A stretch of DNA of 40,420 bases. Source: Raillietiella orientalis. Lineage: Eukaryota. Below are positions 24,141 through 34,807 of this stretch, piece after piece. Numbering within the stretch: the stretch's first letter is position 1; each line of letters begins with the position of its first letter. The translations under genes were made by a program, and so were the position numbers. The notes beneath the pieces were generated by a model. That model made no database searches and had not been told where the DNA came from. It saw nothing but the letters and a program-made list of their open reading frames with translations. The stretch is taken from the NCBI GenBank assembly GCA_036172245.1, contig JAYWIR010000005.1:6200001-6240420 (forward strand), in the 5' to 3' direction.

Positions 24141-25544
24141 TCTGCGACTGTTGGATCTCAGTGGCCAATTGCATCTCCCAAATATTACTGTGAAGAATGT
24201 CTTGAAGAAGTTATGGAGAAGACGTGCTAACCTCCGGGAATTTTCATCCTTAGCTTACCTTATGGTTCTGAGATGCTGTGTCTTATCCATGGCTAACGCT
24301 TCTTGAAAAAATGCGGTGAATTTATTCTTGTATGTCTTTTGAGTATCAATCATGTTTGACAATCCACGTTTCAAGCGTCCCGCTTTGCAAACCTTAATGT
24401 GCAAGATGAATGCTAGCATAAATTGCATCTCCCAAAACAGCGAAGTGTCCACGATTAAAATGGTGGACATGTGATATCTGGAAATCCAGATCGCCAACTC
24501 TTTCTCCCACAACCTGTGTTCCTGCAACAAGCTGAAGGCCATTGAAGTGACCGCCTGCAGCCGACTTACCAGAATCTTCTCCTTTAAGCAAACAACTCAT
24601 ACTGTTCTGCCTTAACGTTAGAGATTTCCGAGATTTTCTTCAGCAAGCCGCTGTAAGCAACGTTCAGATCCACCTCTACCTAAAGCACTCGAGAGAGATT
24701 CCCCGCGCATGCCAAGCGCTTCTCTTGCAACTCATGGAGGTTACTCTCGTACTCTGCCACGACCACACTTCTGAAAAACAACGACAGAAACTTGCAACCG
24801 CCACCTTCTAGCCTCCAGATATTCACGTTGCCTCCACCAGTTTGTCCTCGATCATGCGTAGACATCGCTGCCTCCAGTCCTTCTCGCTCGGTGTGGCGCG
24901 GGCATCCTCTGTCGTCTTTCTGTGGTTTGTTCCCTGCCCCAAAGGGGCTTCCATCCTTTATTGCAAACCCCTGGAACATCCTCATTTACGAGTGAGAGCA
25001 ACCGCCGCAACGCTCCTTCGTCTCACATCCGGCGGCAGTCCACATGCCGATCTGACTTCCTGCTTTCTCACCGCCCTTCTTGATGGCATGTGCAGCAACT
25101 TCGAGCTTCTCTGCAGTCCATCGATGTCCGCTTGCCTCTTTCTGTGCTGCGCAGACGAGCTGCGGATGGTTCTCTTTAACGAGCACAGTAAAGGGAAATC
25201 GGCATGGGCTTGGATTCTCATGGAAGTCTCTGTTCTCCCTTGCTAAAAATCAGTCGCTAGTTGTACGAGCAGAGATCACTGTCACCCACCTCCAATGCCA
25301 TCACAACCATGAGGCCTGAGGGCGGGATCTAGGCGATGAACGCGCACTCCGGTGGGCTTGTAAGCAAGGCGACAAGTCTTTGCACTTAAGGATTTGTGCT
25401 TCCGTCTTGGGAGCGGCAAAAAACGGGGCCAAAAAACGGCCTAGGGAGAGGAAGCGACACGCTCGGAAAGGCCAACAATCGTGACCTCGCCATTGCAACA
25501 AAACTCGAAACTGGGTGCAAAAAAACGTGGTTTCGGCTATCGGC

Positions 25545-27028
25545 CCGTTCCTGGAAGGCAAGTTTCACTTGCAGGAACGAGTAGCGGTGTAGAATGCGTT
25601 CCCGGGCCCCTTAAATCGCCCCCTGCTTTTTGTTTGCGCGTACCCCATGAGATGAAAAAGAGAACAAAGAACCTCCTGCGCATCGTTCTGTGGGGTGGCG
25701 GGAGGCCTGGTGTGCTTCTGGAGGATTTGTGAGCTCCCCGTCGGGACGGAGGTTTTAGCGTCCTGACGCAAGAGCGCGTGGCAAAACAGCTGCGATGGCG
25801 CACCCTCGCCATCGCAGCAAAAATGTGGAGCACCCCTTGGTGCGTTCCGGCCCACCTCATTGCCAGACGTGTGTCCGGGAGTAATGGACTAGCGTCTCTT
25901 CTGTGCCCCAGCCGGAAAATAAGAAGATGCGGCCTTCTCCGTGACCCGTGACCACCCTGGCAAACGAGAACGGGTGGATGGCCTGCAGCCGCGCCAACTC
26001 CAGCGCATGGATGGAAGAAACAGTTGGCTCGTGGGCTAAGTTAAACCAGCCTAGTGAAGAATCCTGCAACTGCCTTTGTCCCGGCATCTACATCGACTGT
26101 GCGCTGCGGAACATGACCGGGTGTCCCTCCAGAAGCACTTGGAAGGAGACGACCCTACTGACCACGGCGCTGCCCTTCCTGAGAATGGCGCTTCATAACG
26201 GCCGGAAACCGAGGAGGCAAGTTATCTGCCGGATAGCGGGCAAGGAGAAGGGGTTAAGTGGGTAGACCATGAAGGAACTGTCTGACGCCGCGACTCCAAG
26301 CGTTCTCCCGCTCGGAATCCAGAGATGGGCGAGCTGCTTGACATCCTGCTAGATGACCTAAAGTGGTCTTTGTGATTTAGATGCGCAACCACCCTCCCCC
26401 TCAAGTGGCAGGAAACGGCTCTACTATTGTTGCACTGGGGATTTCCCTGCAACGCGCGCCGACACCACTGGACGTTGGGAACGTGGGAGAGAACTGTGCA
26501 GTGTGTCCCTCTGGACCCTGTGGGAACATTTTGCTAGAAACCTTCGGATACCGTTCGGCAGTACCCCCAAAGACGTTGTGAGACTCCACTTCGTGCTAAA
26601 CGCCCTGCAACCAGCATCAACCCTGGCAGCGCTCTGCTGCCTCCGAGGGATTGTGACCGCCTGGAGCGCAGCCAAAGGAGGAAGCAGCGACAGGGATCCC
26701 ATCGTACACGCTGGTAGCTACCTGCGAATCGCGATTGGCTGGTCCCATCTGGGAGCCATGACGAGGGAACTCGAGGGCATCCTGGAAAAGATAGTCTTTT
26801 CCACTAGCGGGCTGTGATCCCTTCCCGGCTCAATAAATAGTTTCTTTCTGTTTGTTTCATTTATTTAACTTTTTGTTTTACCCCCTATCCCCTCCGCTGC
26901 CGAGGAGAGTCAAGCCGGTCTGTGAACCGGCTTCCTGGCACGTCCCATGAACTATTGGCCGTAGCGGGACCTAGTACCGCAAATGTACAGTGTTTATTAA
27001 TGAACGCCCCGGCGTGACTAGGTGAGAA
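25545..27028 (+). mobile_element. Decayed L1/Tx1-type 3' fragment
   Basis: GPFLEGKFHLQER, APRRDGG, GWMACSRAN, ALCCLRGIV, WSHLG; end AATGAACGCCCCGGCGTGACTAGGTGAGAA. Confidence 0.88.
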
Positions 27029-27051
27029 CTTCCCCGTGTCCTTCTAGGGAG

Positions 27052-30000
27052 CGGACGTGGTTTGGCATCGCTCCGCGCTCTAGCTAGTGGGAAGCATTTT
27101 GGTGGTTTTGTCTGGTGTGTGGGAGCGCCGAGGTCCCATGGCAGAAATGACTGAGGACACCGCAATGGAATTTGGAGGAGGAGAGGCGACTTGCTCTCCT
27201 CCACCCATGAAAGTCAGAGCATCCGCCCCTACGGAATCTGGGGCACTTTTTCCATCGGAATCGGGGGCAACCGCCCCTTCGCGATCTTTGCCAGAGGCGA
27301 GGAGTTGGAGTGCCATCGTTGCTGCATCATCCCCGGCTGCAGTAGCGGAGCAGACTGCCTACAAGGACAGCGGCTACAAACCGTCGCTGATTTATAAGGT
27401 AGGCAGTGTGTTCGACGAGAAAATTGCACGCTCCTTTGAAATGGAGCTGCAAAGACTGAATGTGAGGCAGGAAGTCCTCGAGGGCCTATCCGACCTTAGT
27501 GGGGGACAGCGAGTTGAGCTGACATGCAGAGAGGCAACTCTGGCGCAGGGCCTGCTGAACACCCCCATTACGGTGGACGGCTGCAGGATCTTCCCTGTGA
27601 CGGAGGACTGCTCCGTCGTGGTCCACCTCACGGGCGTAACATTCCGAATGAACAAAGCCAGCGTCCATGAGGAGTTCTCAAAACATAGTAGTATTGAAGC
27701 GCGCGTATTGGGCCAAACACAATGTCTTCCGAGCGTACGGAAGGCTATTCAGTGGGATGGCCGCTGTTCGTGTCAAAATACCACAGAATGGTGGGCTTCC
27801 CCACAAACTAAACATCGGCGACAAAAAAGTCGATGTTTGGTACGTAGGAAAGCACAAGTACTGTGGCCATTGTGATGCCACAGGGCACTTCAAAAATCGG
27901 TGCCCTAACATCGAATGCTAATTATGCGGAAATAAGGGCCACATTTGTTAAGTGTGCCCGAGGAGAGACATCTCGGTCTCACCTGCTGCCAAAAGGGGAA
28001 AGGGGAAACCGGCGGGAGAAGCGAATGCTTTGAAACAGGCAAAGGCTGTAAAAAGCAAGAAGCCAGTCCATAAACCGTTCTAGTAAACGACAGTTGAGAA
28101 AACACTTGACGACGCTGGTAATTGTGTAGGCTGGCAGACGATACAGCTGCCAAGAAGACCGGTGAGTCCCGAACGAAACGCGTAGAAATAAACGCCAAGC
28201 GAAAAACCGTGCCGCAAAATACTCGGCGTGTTCGGTGACTTTAGAGTTTGTGGAGTTATTCGATGCCGCCACCGGGAGAGCTTTCTCCCACCTCGCGTTT
28301 GCCAAAGCCGCGACGGAAGAAGGCAAACCTTCTGGAGAAAAAGTGAGGGAACCGCGCGACGCGCTCGAGGCTATCGTGGAGTCCACCTTCCAGCAGGCGG
28401 TGCGAGAACTCGCGGTCAAACTACATGGCCGTGAAAAAAACTCTCGATAGGCCTTGCGAAGGCCAAAGGAGAATCACGTTTCGTAGGCTCATGAGGCCGA
28501 TCTGGATGCCCAAAGTGCTTCTTCCTCAGCGGAGGCGCCTCCTAGGAAGACGGGGCGCAAGTATCAGAATCCCAAGAGGGGCAATCGGAGCATCAAGAAG
28601 GGGGATAAATCGGCACCCAAGGGGTAAGCCTGCAGCGGGAACCAAGGGTGAGAATCTCTCACTCCCCAACACCGTGCAGCTGGCGATCTCATGGAGGAGG
28701 AAGTGCAGGTGGGTTAAACTCCCCTTTCTCCGCATGGCCTGATGAACTGGCAGCGAATGATTTCTCCCATTCGGAGAAACAGAAGAAACGCCTAGCAAGC
28801 TCTCGACTGTCGGATTCCGATCCAGAGTCCGACAGAATGAGCACACAGCGCGACACCCGCTCGAAGCTGCGAAATCGCCTCCTGAAGACTCGCAAGCACG
28901 TGGTTGCTAACGAGGAACTGTTGCCGGGGAGCAAAGGGAAGGCTATGGACCGAACAAGTGAGCTGCTGGCAACAAACATTCCCGATTCGAAATTAGATGA
29001 CCAGTATTCGAGACCTGCTGCTCTGTCTCGGGTCCACTAGCCCGACGGGGCGTGAAAATCATTTTCACCTTCCCAGTTTTAATGCGGGAAGTCGCCTCTC
29101 TTCGTCGATTCAGCGTAGCATGCTGGAAGTTCAACGGGCTGCGCAGGGACGGAAAGAGGGGCAGCGTGTCGGACACTGTGCCATTTCGGCGTGGCGATCC
29201 TGCAGGAGATGCATTACATCTCCGATGCGGAGGTTGCCGAAATTGAACAGCGCGCGGGTGGCAGCCTGTACTGTCGAGAAGTCTCTGCACAATCGTGCGG
29301 AGTCGGGTTTCTCCTACATAGTAGGATGGGGGGAGCGGTGCGCAGCGTTCGATTCGACCAGGAGGGGCGAATGGGCCAAGTTGTACTCAAAATGGTCAGA
29401 TTCAATCGACCACGTCGTGACCAACGTCAACGCGCCTAGCGGCTTTCATAGGCGTGCCGAAAGAATCGAGTTCTTCGACGTGCTGGGGAGTCAATGGCTC
29501 AGGAACTCCAGAGACAGAGTGGCACAGCTCGTCGCAGGGGACTTTAGCGACCCACTGCTTTCCAACGAGACGAGGTCCCTGGCGGAACGCTCGCGGGTGG
29601 AAGAGGCATGCGCGTCGGTGCACGCGCGTAACTTGAAAACAGCGAACATGGACTGAAAAGGAGTGTGGATCACGTCTATATCGATGAACATTTGCTCTCA
29701 CTAGTGTGGAGAAGAGACAGGTTGCCGTCCACGTAATCGAAAAATGACGGGCTGGAATTCGAGGTACTTCTTCCGGGCAAGGGCCCTACGAACAATGTTT
29801 GGAGGATGTCGGCGGATTATATAATTCATCCGGAGGCGGCGGAACTTCTTCGCCAGTTTCTCCGCAGCCTTGCCATCCAACAAGTCGCAGACTGGGACGA
29901 CGTTCAAAGATCGATTCTCGAGTTTTGCGACCGGTTCCCCCTGCACCTCCTACCTTGTAGCTTCGGGGAAGGCGTAGTCATTTGCAGAGAATTTCTGCAG

Positions 30001-30789
30001 GTGCGCACCTTCTCTAGACGTGCGGAAGTCCGGCAACTCGCAGAGTACAAGGCGAGGGCCGAGCGCCAGGTCTGGCAGTCTGGAGCGGCTATTCTGCTAG
30101 ACGACCAAGGCCGGGGATGCACGGCTCCGGCAGAAGTACGGCGAACACTGAGGCGTCACTTCTCCTTGCTCTACGCGAAGTACCCGACGTAGAGAGTCCT
30201 CACGGAACTACTTCTACCGCGGGGTGCACACAGCATCAGCGAGGATGAACGCGCTCGTCTCGATGACACCTCCATGTTGGAGGAAGTTTCTTCCGCCATC
30301 GCAGGACTCAAGAGACGGAAGACTCCAGGTGAGGACGGGCTTCCCGCGGAGTTCTATCAGAGCTTCGCGGTGGAACTCGTGCCCCTAGTGCTCAGCCTCT
30401 CGACGCTGATGACGGTGACGGGCGATGTCCCTTTTTCCTTCCTCTCAGCGCGGGTGCGTCTCCTTCCGAAAGTAGATCTGCGAACTCAACAGCTGCCGTG
30501 CGATCAAGTTAGTGAATACGGACGTCAAGTTGTTTTCGAAGCTGTGAGTCACATGCCTAGAGAAAGTCGCGGAGTACGTGGTATGCCCGTAGCAGACTTT
30601 CGCTGTGCTGGGTAGGTCCATGGATGCGAACCTCCTTTTGGCGCGCACCTGGTGACAGCTTCAACAGCGCCTTGCGGCGGACAGCCGAACAGCGCCAACA
30701 CCTTCTACCAAATGCGAGCGCCAGTGCGGACAAGCGGGAGAATGACCGGAAGCCCTGGCAGTCGCAGTACATTTGCATAAAGCATTTGA
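27052..30789 (+). mobile_element. L1/Tx1-type element H: 5'UTR, ORF1, APE, RT up to KAFD (pseudogenised)
   Basis: CGGACGTGGTTT; ORF1 from ~27138 (YKPSLIYKVG, CGHCDATGHFKNRC); ORF2 from TAATG at 29080 (CWKFNG, LQEMH, VAGDF, KTPGEDGLPAEFY, LHKAFD). Confidence 0.93.
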
Positions 30790-32148
30790 TTTTCACCCGG
30801 ATTTCGTCATAGCGTTTATTTAAAAATAAACTTTAACAAAGACGTCATTAGTAGGAGCATTGCTCCAGCCACGCAAGAAGAAACACAGAGTCTTCCGGAA
30901 CACCGGTTGTAAGACCGGTACGGCCCACCACAGCCAAAGAAGGGAAAGGGGAAGAGCAAAAAAAAATAAACAAAAAAAAAATAAAGAGTGGGAGGGTACG
31001 AGAAGGCATTAATGTTGCTGCTGGGCCGTTGCATCCTTCCCAGAATGCCGGCAATCTCTTCTTGTGTTCGCGGATCCAGGTGAGGCCATCGCGACGCCCT
31101 CCTTAAAAATTGGGGGTCGCCATGGATGGCACTCTGGTCGCGTGGACCTCCCATAGCCTTGCTCCAGGCGGCGACGATCCCGCGAAGGCAGCAGAAGGCT
31201 GCTATCGAGGCCGCTGTCCGAAGGGCGTCAAAAACGAAGATAGTTTTGAATGAGTTCCTGGGGTTGCCGCAGAAGATTCCGATTGCCGCGGCAAAGCGGA
31301 ACCAAAGAGGCCGAAGGGCAACACAAACCACAAGTTGATGGGGGAGGGACTCCCGTTCCCCACACCTTACACATTTGGGGTCCACCGCTCCCCAGGACCA
31401 GTGGTGTCGGCGGGAGTTGCAGGGGAGTCCCTCAGTGCTGCAGCAGAAGAGCCGACTCCTGCCATTTCAAGGGGAGGGTGCAAGTGTTCATGAGCACCTG
31501 GGGCTACTTCTGATGTTCAATAAGAACGTCGAGCAGCGCACTACAGCGCAAAATTCCATTGGGAGCGTACTCGGGATCGCAGCGTCTGTTACCTGGCCCG
31601 TCTTCCTCTCTTCATGCTTCTTCTCCTTACCGGAGGTTATCATTTCAACCTCCCACTTCGCCGCAACATCGCTGTACAGATCTTCCATCGTAGTTGGCAA
31701 CGCAGCAGCAAGGGGGGTTCTTCCTGCCCACGCTCTCTTCTTCGGATCCTCCAGGATCTCTCGGCGCGTGCAACTTTTGTAGCACCCAAACAGGAACCCT
31801 CGTTCCTGTTAAGCGCGATGCATGCCGCACTGTGCCTACGTGCGAACGGTTTCCTACAACCTGGCACTACCGTTAGCGGGGCGACAGGTGATCCATCCTT
31901 GATTTTTCCGAACCAAGGCAGCCAAGCTCCGCAGCTGGAGCTCACATCGGTTGATGCGGGAGCGATGGAGTGATAGGAAGGAAATAAGTCCCGTATTTTC
32001 GGGGGCTTCCTTGACAAGGAGACGTGTAGGAACGCTCCAGCAGGTGCACCACAACTCCGGCACAACGAACAACATCCGGTACTGGGGCTGAAGATCCAGC
32101 CGCTCCAATGTCAGGGGGCCGAGACCGCTGTCCCGACGCGGAGCGCAC
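30790..32148 (-). mobile_element. L1/Tx1-type element I ('GAAAT-loop' subfamily), 3' part
   Basis: Collinear with B (LCAPRRDSGLG, KNQGWITCRPANG, CVRCGERESLPH); end AATAAACGCTATGACGAAATCCGGGTGAAAA. Confidence 0.92.
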
Positions 32149-32175
32149 AACGCCCCGGCAAAATCCGGGTAAAAA
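32149..32175 (+). mobile_element. 27-nt 3'-terminal stub of a 'GAAAT-loop' element
   Basis: AACGCCCCGGCAAAATCCGGGTAAAAA; 2 differences from the end of B. Confidence 0.85.
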
Positions 32176-32372
32176 TCGAACGCCTTATGGAGATCGACCG
32201 CGATCGCTAGAGCCCCCTTTCCCGCTCGGGAGTTCTTTTCCTGTCCCACTGGCGGCCCCAAAGTGGGGTGGCAAATTTTCCCGTTCCCTTCCTTCTCACT
32301 CCGCTGCACGTGCAACCATGTGCTCGCGAAAACGAGGTTGCCCTCCATACTTCGCTCGGGAACAACGTAAGA
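32176..32372 (-). mobile_element. RT fragment ending at KAFD
   Basis: SYVVPERSMEGNLVFASTW...ALAIAVDLHKAFD. Confidence 0.9.
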
Positions 32373-32552
32373 CCAAGAATCCAAAGAGGCGCATCCTGAG
32401 GAAGAAGGAGGGGGACGCCCCGGAGCCGAGGGGGAAGCCGGCAGCGTGGGAACGGAGGAAGGGATTTTCCCACCCTCCGCTACCGAGAAGCTGGCCACCT
32501 CCATGAAGGAGGGGGAGCAGGTAGGTAATTGCCTCCCCCTGCCACCGCTGGG
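32373..32552 (+). mobile_element. ORF1 C-terminal fragment
   Basis: KNPKR..., GGAAGCCGGCAGCGTGG and SMKEGEQVG resemble the ORF1 tails of F and G. Confidence 0.7.
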
Positions 32553-34807
32553 CGGACGTGTTTTTCCTTCGCTCCCGAGAGAGTCGTAGGAAGGCTTTAT
32601 CTTAGTGGTTTTATAGTGTGGAACATCGTTGGTGTCCAATGGCAACCTTACCTGAGGACACCACGATGGAGGTAGGTGTGGGGGAGACTTGTCCACCCCC
32701 ACAGCCTACTGGAGGAGGCCGAACCAAAGACTCCTGTCCCCTGCCCTCCATATTTTTATTTTTATTTTTCATAGTAGTGTATTTGTTGTCCCCTCCCTCC
32801 CGTTCCGGACTTTTGGCATACCGACCTGCGTGTCGGGGATCCCACCCCCTTCGTCTCTTGTTTTTCCTTTGTCCAAGAACTCTGTTCCCGGATAGTTTTC
32901 AATAAACGCCCAGGCGCACCCGTGTGATAAACAGCCTACTGGATAAGGGGGATTCGCCCCGGAGTCATCCCCGGCCTCGCCGAGGACATGGAGAGCCATG
33001 GTGGCCGCGTCCAACGCGGAAGCCATGGCGGAGATGGCTGCCTACCGGGCAGCTGGGTACAAGCCCAGCTTAGTATACCAGGTAGGCAATCTTTTTGATG
33101 GGCGAACTGCACGCGCCTTTACGAAGGCGCTGCAGAACGCCAACGTACTAGAAAAGGATGTCGGCGGCCTATCTGTGCTTAACGGGGGTCAGCGCGTCGA
33201 GGTTGTCTGTAAGGACATCACCTTGGCGCAAAGTCTGATCACAACCCCGCTGATCATGGATGGGCGCAAGATCCTGCAAGTCACGATGGACCGCTCCGTA
33301 GTGGTCCATCTGACTGCCATCACCAGCCGCATGACGCGGTCTGCGGTTGGTGAAGAACTCAAGAAGTTCCGTGAGGTACACGCGCTGTGGCCAAAGGCCA
33401 CTATCTTGGAGGGCCACAATAGCCTTTTCGGGGGGAAGGCAGCCGCACGTGTAACCGTGAACGACGGTGGAGCGCTACCTCACAAGCTGGAGGTCTGCCA
33501 AGAGCCGGTAGACCTCTGGTACGTGGGGAAACCCCGCTAATGTGCGTACTGCAACACAGTAGGACACCTCAGCAAAAGGTGCCCGAATATACGGTGCCAC
33601 CTGTGCGGGGAGCGGGACCACGTTCGGCGCGTGTGCACCAAGCGCCCCACCTTGGTGCCCCCTGCCGCCAAAAAGGCGCAGGCCAAAACAGCGAAAAAGG
33701 TCGCAAGACCGACTAAAGGAAGTGGCCATCGCAAACTGCCAGCACCTCAACCCCGGCGAAGAAGTCGCAGGAAGTGGCCCTCGCAAGCTCTGGAGGGGGA
33801 AGAGGAATGGCAGCTCGTAAAGGCCCGCAAGGAGAAGAAGGTTCCCATCGTGGAACCCGCGAAAACGGAGAAAAAGAAGAGCGGTAATCCGAAAAAACCC
33901 GGTCCGCGATCTAAAACCCTCCGTGAGTGCTCAGTGGCACCAGAACGCATTGCCGTTCCTGAGGTTGCCACCCGGAGCGACGAGCCTCCCCCCGCAGTTT
34001 CCGCCGCGACCGAGATTCGCGACGGCGAACCCTCTGTTTGCTCAGAGGGTCAGCCGCGCGACGCGCAAGCCCACAGCGAGGACGCCGCTTTCGCGCAGGC
34101 GGCGGAGGAGCTCGCGGCCACGCTGGCCGAGCGTGAAAACCCTTCGCGCAAGGCTGTGCGAAGGCCGGCTCCGGCGAAGAAGGCCCCCGCAGGTGAGTGT
34201 GCACCGGGGGCCGCAAGCACATCCTCCTCCTCGGAATCACCCCCCAGAAAGTCGGGACGCAAGTCCCAGAAGCCCAGGAGGCACCTCCCCTCCACCAGCG
34301 AGGAGGAGAAAACGGAAGCCGTCGACAGCGTGGGAACCCCGGAGGGGGACTCCCATGCTCGGAAGCCGTCGATCAGGCCAGCCCCATGGAAAAGGGTGAG
34401 CAGGGGGATGAAGTCCTCCCTGCAGTCGCCGACCCTGAACAGCCCGCCCCCATGGAGGAGGGCCAACAGGTAGGCGCGACCCCACCTGAGGGTGAACCGA
34501 CCGACGCAAAGACACCAATGAAGGAGGGGGACCAGGTGCCCTCGGTACCCCCTCTTCCTCCACCTGGCGTCCCGCCCCAGCAGGTGGCGGACGCCGCATC
34601 GCCATCTTCCCAGGATTAGCACCTGGGCTCGCCAGTCGCTGTAGGATCCGGGTAGCCTGCTGGAACGTCAACGGGCTGCGCGACGACGGCAACGGGCGAG
34701 ATACAGCCGACACCCTGCGTGAGCTCGACCTGGATCTGCTTCAGGAGATCCACGTGATCTCCGCGGCAGACGTCCAGGAGACCGTGTCGATCGCGGGGGG
34801 TCGGTTG
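32553..34807 (+). mobile_element. L1/Tx1-type element F: 5'UTR, ORF1 (disrupted), start of APE
   Basis: CGGACGTGTTTTT; YKPSLVYQVG; CAYCNTVGHLSKRC / CHLCGERDHVRRVC; ORF1 stop 34617-34619; CWNVNGL, LLQEIH; cut at IAGGRL. Confidence 0.93.
32714..32930 (+). mobile_element. 217-bp 3'UTR-only insertion of subfamily A with a 13-bp TSD
   Basis: ACAGCCTACTGGA at 32701-32713 and 32931-32943; the insert matches the reverse complement of ~34808-35030. Confidence 0.95.

Noticed and set aside
24140..25545. Protein-like frames and repeated CAAAAAACG / TTGCATCTCCCAAA words
   Set aside because: No recognisable domain or regular periodicity; not an array.
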